Shown here piece by piece: positions 8,780-16,280 of a DNA stretch of 20,000 bases. Under the pieces are notes generated by a model that was not told the DNA's origin, searched no databases, and saw only the letters and a list, made by a program, of their open reading frames with translations. Position 1 is the stretch's first letter. Each line of letters opens with the position of its first letter. The position numbers and the translations under genes are program-made. Location of the stretch: the sequence record DRR723986_618. The stretch is one strand, 5' to 3'.

Positions 8780-9037
8780 ATGGCAAAACCCGACTTTATT
8801 TCCCAACTTGCTGAACAGGCCGGGCGCCTGATCAGCCAAGGCCCGGATATTCAGCAAGACATCGAAGCCAAACTGCAGGCACTACTACAAAGCGCCTTCA
8901 GCAAGATGAATGTGGTATCGAGAGACGAATTCGATGCGCAAACCGCGGTACTCAATCGCACCCGCGCTCGTCTGGAAGCCGCCGAGCGACAGCTGGCCGA
9001 GATTACTGCCAGTTTGGAAAGTGCCGAGAATAAATAA
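8780..9037 (+). CDS. ubiK: Ubiquinone biosynthesis accessory factor UbiK (BMFP/YqiC family)
   Basis: 85 aa from ATG 8780 with motif FSKMNVVSRDEFDAQTAVLNRTRARLEAAE and a coiled-coil end. Divergent from glnK-amtB and upstream of yifB, as is typical. Confidence 0.9.
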   Translation: MAKPDFISQLAEQAGRLISQGPDIQQDIEAKLQALLQSAFSKMNVVSRDEFDAQTAVLNRTRARLEAAERQLAEITASLESAENK

Positions 9038-9097
9038 ACCGTCTTGCGCGCAGCAGGACGGCTGCTCGCAATTGCAAAAATACTCAGGGATTGAGTT

Positions 9098-10576
9098 ATG
9101 CCACTGGCCACTGTACACAGCCGTGCGCGCCTCGGGGTAGATGCCCCGCTCGTCACCATTGAGGTGCACCTTTCCGCCGGGCTTCCGGCCTTTAATATTG
9201 TCGGGCTGCCGGAAGCAACCGTACGCGAAGCCAAAGACCGCGTGCGCTCGGCGCTGATCAACTCTCACTTTACCTTTCCCGTCAGCCGCATCACCGTCAA
9301 CTTAGCGCCAGCAGACCTGCCCAAAGAGGGCGGCCGCTTTGACCTGCCTATCGCCATAGGCATCCTCGTTGCCAGCGGCCAATTACAACAACGCGAGACC
9401 GAGTCCTATGAGTTCATCGGTGAGCTGGGGCTAAGCGGCGAGCTGAGAACGGTCAATGCCGCCCTGCCCACCGCCCTGGCAACCGCAGACGCATCCAGGC
9501 AATTGGTCTTGCCCGCCGGCAGCGCCTCACTGGCAGAGCTGCTCCCCCCGGATACATTGCAGGAGGCCACAGACCTGCTTGGCGTGGTGGCTTTTCTAAA
9601 GGGCCAGCAGAGTTTGGGGCCGCCGACAGACGCCGCCGATACACGGCCCGCTGCGTATCCGGACATGCGCGATGTACGCGGTCAGTTGTTGGCAAAGCGT
9701 GGGCTGGAGATCGCTGCAGCGGGATTTCACAGCCTGCTATTTAGCGGCCCTCCCGGTACGGGCAAAACGCTGTTAGCAAGCCGGCTGCCCGGTATCCTCC
9801 CGCCCCCAACAGAGCAGGAGTGTCGCGAAATCGCCATTGTCCAGTCGATCGTTGGCCAACCACTGCAGCTTCAGCGCCCATTTCGCAACCCACATCACAC
9901 CGCCTCGGCCGCTGCGCTTGTCGGCGGCGGTAGTAGCCCGCGCCCCGGCGAAATCAGCCTTGCTCATCGCGGCGTGCTTTTCCTCGATGAATTGCCAGAG
10001 TACCCACGCAAAGTGCTGGAAGTACTGCGCGAACCCATAGAATCGGGCGAGGTGGTCATCTCCAGAGCGCGCCATCAACTCCGATTCCCGGCTCGATTCG
10101 CTTTGGTAGCGGCAATGAATCCTTGCCCCTGCGGCTTTGACGGCGATCCCCAAAAAGCTTGTCGTTGCACCCCCGACCAAATACTGCGCTATCGCAGCCG
10201 TGTATCGGGGCCGTTGTTGGACAGGATTGACTTGCGCCTGCGCCTGAATCGCATGGCCGCCGGTGAGCTACAAGACAGCCCCGAGGGCGAACCCAGCGAC
10301 GCCATACGCGCCCGAGTGAGTGCAGCGCATCGGCGTCAGCTCAACCGCCAGGGCTGCAGCAACGCCTTACTTGATGCCGGCCAGCTCAGCCGGTTTTGCC
10401 CCTTGGATACCGAGGGTAAAGCCTTTATCCGGGACATCGAAGCGCGCATCAACCTCAGTGCGCGCGGCCAGCACCGCCTGATAAAGACGGCGCGCACCAT
10501 CGCTGACCTGGAAAGCAGCAACGATATTTGCCTTAAGCACTTGCGCGAGGCCGCGCTCTACCGCGGAGAGCTCTGA
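9098..10576 (+). CDS. comM: YifB/ComM family Mg-chelatase-like AAA+ ATPase
   Basis: IVGLPEATVREAKDRVRSA, ITVNLAPADLPKEGGRFDLPIA, Walker A GPPGTGKT, PFRNPHH, LFLDELPE, AAMNPCPCG, SGPLLDRID. Confidence 0.93.
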   Translation: MPLATVHSRARLGVDAPLVTIEVHLSAGLPAFNIVGLPEATVREAKDRVRSALINSHFTFPVSRITVNLAPADLPKEGGRFDLPIAIGILVASGQLQQRETESYEFIGELGLSGELRTVNAALPTALATADASRQLVLPAGSASLAELLPPDTLQEATDLLGVVAFLKGQQSLGPPTDAADTRPAAYPDMRDVRGQLLAKRGLEIAAAGFHSLLFSGPPGTGKTLLASRLPGILPPPTEQECREIAIVQSIVGQPLQLQRPFRNPHHTASAAALVGGGSSPRPGEISLAHRGVLFLDELPEYPRKVLEVLREPIESGEVVISRARHQLRFPARFALVAAMNPCPCGFDGDPQKACRCTPDQILRYRSRVSGPLLDRIDLRLRLNRMAAGELQDSPEGEPSDAIRARVSAAHRRQLNRQGCSNALLDAGQLSRFCPLDTEGKAFIRDIEARINLSARGQHRLIKTARTIADLESSNDICLKHLREAALYRGEL

Positions 10577-10667
10577 TCCCAGGTAGGTGACTATACGAAT
10601 CTATTTCACAGCCATCGGCACTTACAATCGAGCACTATATAAGAAGAACTTCTAGGATTTCGGAGTT

Positions 10668-11906
10668 ATGCCGAATGTTTTGATCGTCGAGGACAACCGC
10701 TCGCTGGCCAGCATGGCCAGAGCAATTATCGAGGATATTCCCGGCTTTCAGGCCTGCGTCGCTGCCAGCGGCGCCGAAGCAAAACAGTTAATACGCGACA
10801 CCAAAACGCCCTTTACCGCCGCCCTCGTCGACTTGAACCTACCTGACGCCCCCAATGGCGAAGTGGTGCCAGTGGTGCAATCCTTTGACATCCCCGTGGT
10901 GGTGCTAACCGGCTTCTTCGGCGACGAGTTGCGCAACCGCATGATCGAGCTCGGTGTTGTCGACTATGTGCTAAAGAAGAACATTAGCGCCTATGACTAT
11001 GCCAGCCGGCTGGTCGAGCGCATTCATCGCAATCGCAGCACGCAGGTATTAGTTGTCGATGACTCGCCATCGACCGCCGCCATGCTGAAGCGCCATTTGG
11101 AAATTCAATGCCTGAATGTGTTGGTTTGCCACAACGGCCAAGAGGCCCTCGACTGTATTCGCGAGCAACCCAATATCCGCCTGGTACTGACTGACTACAA
11201 TATGCCGGTTATGGACGGCTTCGACTTTATTCAACAAGTGCGCGCCAAGTACGCAAAGGATCAACTGGCCATCATTGGCCTGTCCAGCTCTAGCGACGCG
11301 CGGCTGTCCGCTCATTTTTTAAAAAGTGGCGCCAATGACTTTATTAGCAAACCCTTTGGCTACGAGGAGCTGCTCTGCCGGGTAAACCAAAACCTGGAAT
11401 ACATGGATCGCATCGACGAGATACGAGACGCGGCAAATCGCGACTACCTGACCAAACTCTACAACCGCCGCTATTTTTTCAGTGAGGCGCAATTGCGTCA
11501 TCAGCAAGCGCAATTTCACGACCTTCCCCTGTCGGTTGCCATGCTGGATATCGACCATTTCAAGCACATTAATGACAGCCTCGGCCACGACGCCGGCGAC
11601 ACGGCGCTAAAACATATCGCTGGGCTGCTGCAGTCGGCCTTCCCCGACGACCTGATCGCCCGTTTCGGCGGCGAGGAGTTTTGCATACTCAGCGAGCAAA
11701 ATGCCGAACACACCTTTGATCGACTCGACGACTTTCGCCGCAAGCTGGCGAGTAATCCCGTTAAAGAAAACGGCTACGATATTACGCTGTCCGTCAGCGG
11801 CGGCCTGAGTAATGGCCAAGATGACAGCCTGGATACACTGATAAAAATGGCTGACAGCAAGCTGTACCTAGCGAAAGAATCCGGTCGCAATCGCATTGTT
11901 GTGTAG
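10668..11906 (+). CDS. Response-regulator diguanylate cyclase (REC-REC-GGDEF)
   Basis: Two receiver domains (VLIVEDN..LVDLNLPD..LTG..VLKK and VLVVDDS..LTDYNMP..LSS..ISKP), then DYLTKLYNRR, DIDHFKHIND, GHDAGD, ARFGGEEF, KESGRN. Confidence 0.93.
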   Translation: MPNVLIVEDNRSLASMARAIIEDIPGFQACVAASGAEAKQLIRDTKTPFTAALVDLNLPDAPNGEVVPVVQSFDIPVVVLTGFFGDELRNRMIELGVVDYVLKKNISAYDYASRLVERIHRNRSTQVLVVDDSPSTAAMLKRHLEIQCLNVLVCHNGQEALDCIREQPNIRLVLTDYNMPVMDGFDFIQQVRAKYAKDQLAIIGLSSSSDARLSAHFLKSGANDFISKPFGYEELLCRVNQNLEYMDRIDEIRDAANRDYLTKLYNRRYFFSEAQLRHQQAQFHDLPLSVAMLDIDHFKHINDSLGHDAGDTALKHIAGLLQSAFPDDLIARFGGEEFCILSEQNAEHTFDRLDDFRRKLASNPVKENGYDITLSVSGGLSNGQDDSLDTLIKMADSKLYLAKESGRNRIVV

Positions 11907-11909
11907 GGC

Positions 11910-12902
11910 TTAAGCCAATTGCTTGCGCCACTGGCTTGGCGACACCCCCGTCCACACTTTGAAGGCCCGACTAAATACCGCCAGCTCAGAATAACCCAAG
12001 CTCAAAGCCAGCGTTGTCAGGTCAATATCGCTGTGCGCTAAATGCTCGCAGGCCAGGTATTGGCGGCGCGCGGACAGCACCTCGGCAAAGCTGCTTCCCT
12101 CGCGCTGCAGGCGCTGCTGAAGACTCCTCGGGTGCAAACCCATCACCCTAGCCACCATGCTTAAGCTGCACTCTCCCGTTGGCAGCAACGCCGTTATCGT
12201 TTGATCCAACTGCTGGCGCAGGCTTAACGAGGCCGGCTCAGATGCGCCCCGCCACTGCGCGCTTAAGCGTGAGCGCAGGCCGGGCTCTACATCGACCGGC
12301 GAGCTCATCAGCGACAATGGATAACGCAGTGCATCGCAGCCCTCATCGGGCTCTACCCGGCAGCCAAACAGCGCCGAAAGCTCCGCCGCCGCAGGTGCCT
12401 GCGCTCGCAGGGCCAGGGAGTCCGGACGCACGGGGGAGCTCTGCAACTGCTCCAAGCAACGCGCCAACAACGCCAAACTCAAGCCTGCCAGCTGCCCGCA
12501 ATCCACCACCGAGGCGAAAGCAAAGTCCATGCGTATCTCGATGAATCGCTCGCTGGATATTGCGCTAACCACCACACCCCTGGCATGAAAATCGAGGTTA
12601 CGCTGCATCATTCGCAGGGCATCGGCTATAGTTGCCTGCAAACACATTGCCGAACCCAGCGCCCCCACTGCCTCTAACCCCTGGCGCATTCCCAACTGCA
12701 CCCCAAAATCCTCGCGCCCACAGCGTTCGGCGGCAGCCGTCATTAACTGTGCTAAGACGGTGTAGGAAAGGTATAGATCCGGGTCTTGCACCACCGCCGG
12801 CGTCAAACCAAATTCCGCCATCAGCGCATTGGGATTCTGACCGCAATCCCGTACCCACTCAGAAAAGCCCAGTAGGGCGCCACTTCGAACAAAATGCTGC
12901 AC
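11910..12902 (-). CDS. AraC/XylS family transcriptional regulator (Arabinose_bd_2/OruR-like N-terminus)
   Basis: C-terminal double HTH: LSMVARVMGLHPRSLQQRL...LALSLGYSELAVFSRAFKVWTGVSPSQWR. The start is probably GTG 12902 because the alternative TTG 12923 lies inside the putative operator. Confidence 0.9.
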   Translation of the reverse strand: MQHFVRSGALLGFSEWVRDCGQNPNALMAEFGLTPAVVQDPDLYLSYTVLAQLMTAAAERCGREDFGVQLGMRQGLEAVGALGSAMCLQATIADALRMMQRNLDFHARGVVVSAISSERFIEIRMDFAFASVVDCGQLAGLSLALLARCLEQLQSSPVRPDSLALRAQAPAAAELSALFGCRVEPDEGCDALRYPLSLMSSPVDVEPGLRSRLSAQWRGASEPASLSLRQQLDQTITALLPTGECSLSMVARVMGLHPRSLQQRLQREGSSFAEVLSARRQYLACEHLAHSDIDLTTLALSLGYSELAVFSRAFKVWTGVSPSQWRKQLA

Positions 12903-12906
12903 GGCA

Positions 12907-12945
12907 GACTCGTGTTTTATCAAATAATGACTCGCAATATATCAA
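12907..12945 (+). promoter_or_regulatory. Tandem direct-repeat operator (putative AraC-family binding site)
   Basis: GACTCG-TGTTT-TATCAA (12907-12923) and GACTCG-CAATA-TATCAA (12929-12945), 22-bp period, between the regulator and its divergent operon. Confidence 0.7.
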
Positions 12946-13011
12946 GCCTAACCATAAAAACGTAGATAAGCTCCAGTCTGCAATAACGCTAATAATTAGG
13001 AGGCGCTCACC

Positions 13012-13530
13012 ATGCTCCCCAAACCCGCTATGGATCACAAAGCATTACTCACGCTAAACACCCACGAAATGCCCATGTACAAAGATGCCTTGCCAGGCGT
13101 TCCTGGTGTTGATGCGCAACCCCTGTTCCTCGATCCCCATCAGGGCATTTGGGTGCTACGCGCCGTCTTTCACCCCGGCGTCGTCTTGCCCAAGCACTAC
13201 CATACCGGCACGGTGCATCTGTTCACCCTGTCGGGCAGCTGGAACTATGTGGAATACCCCGACCAACCCCAAACTGCAGGCAGCTACCTCTATGAACCCG
13301 GCGGCTCTATTCACCAATTTACGGTGCCCGCAGACGCCAGCGAGCCAGCCGTTGCCGTGATGGTGGTTTATGGCGCCAACGTCAATTTCGACGATGAAGG
13401 CAACTACCTCGGTATTATGGATGCGAGCGATATCATGCATATGTTTGACGAGCTAGTCGCCGAGCGCGGCATGGAACCCGCCCGCTATATTCGCCCCGCC
13501 GCTGCCGACTACACGTGCCCCACAGCATGA
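13012..13530 (+). CDS. 2,4'-dihydroxyacetophenone dioxygenase-family (ChrR-like cupin) protein
   Basis: Cupin metal motifs LPKHYHTGTVHLFTLSGSWNY and GSYLYEPGGSIH. Strong AGGAGG RBS. Confidence 0.8.
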   Translation: MLPKPAMDHKALLTLNTHEMPMYKDALPGVPGVDAQPLFLDPHQGIWVLRAVFHPGVVLPKHYHTGTVHLFTLSGSWNYVEYPDQPQTAGSYLYEPGGSIHQFTVPADASEPAVAVMVVYGANVNFDDEGNYLGIMDASDIMHMFDELVAERGMEPARYIRPAAADYTCPTA

Positions 13531-14513
13531 CCACAGCGCCACTGCCAAAGCGGGTATTCATCACCGGCGCACAAGGCTTTATCGGCCAGCAGTTAATGAC
13601 GCGCTACCGGGACCTCGGCTGTGACGTGCGCGGCATGGACTTGCAGGGCAATCCAGAGCAAGGCATCGTCGCCGCCGACCTCTGCCAGCCCAAGCAGTGG
13701 GCCCACCATGTGGAGGGTTGCGAGCTATTCATACACACCGCAGCGGTCGTGTCACTGTCGGCATCATGGGCAGACTATCGGCGCATTACCGTTGACGGCG
13801 TGCGCCACGCCTTGGCAAATGCGCAACGCGCTGGCTGTCGGCGCTTCGTGCACTTCTCTTCGATTCTTGCGATGGGCTATGACTACGTTGATGGCGCTGA
13901 CGAGCAGGCTCCTGTCGTGATTGGCAAGCATTGCCGCTATGGTGTTGCCAAAGGTGCCAGCGAACACCTGGTGCTCGCCGCCCACGCCAGCAGCAACATC
14001 GACTGCTGCATTATTCGCCCTGGCGACGTTTATGGTCCTGGGTCGCGAGCCTGGCTGCTCGAGCCCCTTAAAATGGCGCGATCCGGCAGGCTTTTGTTGC
14101 CCAATGGCGGTCGCGGTATCTTTACGCCCATCTATATCGACGATCTGATAGACGGCACGCTGCTCGCGGCGCACAGCGAGGTGGCCAGCGGGCAAATTTT
14201 CATCCTGTGGGGAGAGCAAGCCGTCAGCTGCGGGGAGTTTTTCAGTTACCACTGGCGCTGGGCGGGGCGCCGCGGTCGACCACCCAGCCTGCCGCTGCAG
14301 GCCGCCATTCCCCTAACAAAAGCAATACACACCTTTAATCGATGGCGCGGCGTGCGCGATGAGGCCTGCCCGGATACGATGCGCATGTTCAACCGAAAAG
14401 GGGCCTTTAATGGCCGTAAAGCCCGGGAATTATTTGGATTTGAGCCCAAAGTCTCCCTCGCTGAGGGCATGGAATATTCAGCGCAGTGGCTTCGTGAGAT
14501 CGGCGAGCGCTAA
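13527..14513 (+). CDS. NAD-dependent epimerase/dehydratase (extended SDR, 3-beta-HSD-like)
   Basis: ITGAQGFIG, HTAA, VHFSS, YGVAK (YxxxK), IRPGDVYGPG. ATG 13527 overlaps the cupin stop (ATGA). Confidence 0.9.
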   Translation: MTTAPLPKRVFITGAQGFIGQQLMTRYRDLGCDVRGMDLQGNPEQGIVAADLCQPKQWAHHVEGCELFIHTAAVVSLSASWADYRRITVDGVRHALANAQRAGCRRFVHFSSILAMGYDYVDGADEQAPVVIGKHCRYGVAKGASEHLVLAAHASSNIDCCIIRPGDVYGPGSRAWLLEPLKMARSGRLLLPNGGRGIFTPIYIDDLIDGTLLAAHSEVASGQIFILWGEQAVSCGEFFSYHWRWAGRRGRPPSLPLQAAIPLTKAIHTFNRWRGVRDEACPDTMRMFNRKGAFNGRKARELFGFEPKVSLAEGMEYSAQWLREIGER

Positions 14514-14528
14514 AGGCGAAATAACACT

Positions 14529-15347
14529 ATGAAAACACCCCCTCATTGTATTATCTCCGGAGGCGCCAGCGGTCTCGGCCTTGGACTGGCACTTCGTTTG
14601 CTCGAGCGCGGCTACTGCCTCAGTATTCTCGACCTCTCATTTGGCGAAAGCGCCAAGCAGCAGCTGTCACAAGCCGCCGCATCAAGCGCGCATTGGCAGG
14701 CCTACACCGTGGATATTCGCAATGCGCAGGCCTGCGCAGAAGCCGCTGCCAGAGCGGCAGACAACTATGGCACTATCGAGCTGGCAATCAACTGTGCCGG
14801 GGTCATACTCAACTGCCGGTTTGCAGAGATGACCGCCGAGGACTTTGCCCGCGTTGTTGAAATCAACCTCTGCGGCAGCGTGCACTTTGCCAGTGCGGTA
14901 TTGCCCCACATGTCGGCGGGCAGTCGCTTAGCACTGGTTGCTTCAATGGCAGGGCTGGTCAGCAACTATGGCTATGCTGCCTATGGCGCGTCCAAGTTCG
15001 GGGTTGTCGGCTTAGCGACCACACTGCGCTATGAGTACGAGCCTCTTGGAATTGGCATCTCCTGTATTTGCCCACCCGAGGTCGAGACGCCCATGGTTGA
15101 GAGTGAGCGCCAGCATGGGGACCCGATCTCTCTGGAGCTTAAAAAATTCGCCGGTTCACTGGATACCAACACCGCACTTAACGGCATAATGCGCGGACTG
15201 GATACGGGTCGCTGGATGATCATTCCCGGTGTGCGCAGTCGTTTTACGGCGTCCCTTGCCAGATACTTTCCGTGGCTTTTTAACCGAGTTATGCAGTCCA
15301 TGATCCGCCGCCTGCTGCACAAAGGCCACCATAGGAGTTCACCGTGA
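14529..15347 (+). CDS. Classical SDR oxidoreductase (3-ketodihydrosphingosine reductase-like subgroup)
   Basis: SGGASGLG, INCAG, ASMAG, YGYAAYGASKF (YxxxK), CPPEVETPM. The ICPP.V.TP segment is typical of KDSR-like SDRs. Confidence 0.85.
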   Translation: MKTPPHCIISGGASGLGLGLALRLLERGYCLSILDLSFGESAKQQLSQAAASSAHWQAYTVDIRNAQACAEAAARAADNYGTIELAINCAGVILNCRFAEMTAEDFARVVEINLCGSVHFASAVLPHMSAGSRLALVASMAGLVSNYGYAAYGASKFGVVGLATTLRYEYEPLGIGISCICPPEVETPMVESERQHGDPISLELKKFAGSLDTNTALNGIMRGLDTGRWMIIPGVRSRFTASLARYFPWLFNRVMQSMIRRLLHKGHHRSSP

Positions 15348-16171
15348 CACCCGAACGCCATACTTTCAGCCACCGAGGACTTCACCTGTCCTATTTAGAC
15401 TCCGCTCCAAATGATCACCTACGCCCGGCTGTACTGCTGCTGCATGGTTTCCCTGACCACGCGGAAATGTGGCAGCCGCAAATACAGGCTCTGCACCAAG
15501 CGGGCTTTCGCTGCATTGCCCCGGACACCGTAGGCTGTGGCCATTCCGAGATTGCCCCCAAACAAAGTGATTATCATGCCGACAACATTATCAGCGATCA
15601 TCTGGCACTGCTTAAGCACCTAAAAATCAACCAGAGCCATGTGGTCGGCCACGACTGGGGAGCCGTTATCGCTTGGCTATTGGCGGCGAAGCATCCTAGC
15701 AGTGTCCAGCGCCTGGCGGTTATGTCGGTCGGCCACCCCACCGTTTATGCTCGCGCGGGTTGGGGCCAAAAACGCGCGGGCTGGTATACCTTGTTTTTCC
15801 AGCTGCGCGGCCTGGCGGACAGGCTACTCGTCGGCAACGGGCGCTTCTCCCTCCGCCAGATCTTTGGGTCCCACCCGAATATGGACGAGGTGATGTCGCG
15901 TTTACGCCAAGCCGGCAGAATGCGTGCCGCAGTGCGCATTTATCGCGCCAATTTTGCCGAAATACTACTGCGCAAGCAGCCGCCTGTTACCGCGCCGACA
16001 CTCGGTTTGTGGAGTGCACGAGATGCTTTCTTAACCGAGGATCAAATGCGCGACTCTGCAGCGTGGGTTAACGGGCCGTGGCGCTACCAAAAGCTCGACG
16101 GTGGACACTGGATGAGCCTCAGCCAGACCGAGACCGTAAACGCGTTATTGCTCGAGCACTTTTGCACTTGA
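15344..16171 (+). CDS. Alpha/beta hydrolase, epoxide hydrolase-like
   Basis: HGFP oxyanion motif, GHDWG (Asp nucleophile), lid tyrosines in GWY and IYRA, acid Asp in RDAFL, His in GGHW. GTG start overlaps the SDR stop (GTGA). Confidence 0.88.
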   Translation: MTPERHTFSHRGLHLSYLDSAPNDHLRPAVLLLHGFPDHAEMWQPQIQALHQAGFRCIAPDTVGCGHSEIAPKQSDYHADNIISDHLALLKHLKINQSHVVGHDWGAVIAWLLAAKHPSSVQRLAVMSVGHPTVYARAGWGQKRAGWYTLFFQLRGLADRLLVGNGRFSLRQIFGSHPNMDEVMSRLRQAGRMRAAVRIYRANFAEILLRKQPPVTAPTLGLWSARDAFLTEDQMRDSAAWVNGPWRYQKLDGGHWMSLSQTETVNALLLEHFCT

Positions 16172-16240
16172 CGTCCCGCCCTCAGTAAAGAAACAGCTGC
16201 GCTCAGCGCGTGGATAGCGGTGTCGAATTAACGATGGCAC

Positions 16241-16249
16241 TGCTACAAT
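16241..16249 (+). promoter_or_regulatory. Extended -10 promoter candidate for rep
   Basis: TG-C-TACAAT, 31 nt upstream of the rep GTG. Confidence 0.45.
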
Positions 16250-16280
16250 TGCCAGCCTTTTTTCGGCCCAGTGATTTAGC

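Noticed and set aside
16235-16252. TGGCAC...TTGC upstream of rep as a sigma54 promoter
   Set aside because: GG-to-GC spacing is 13 nt, not the required 10. An extended -10 (TGCTACAAT) explains the site better.
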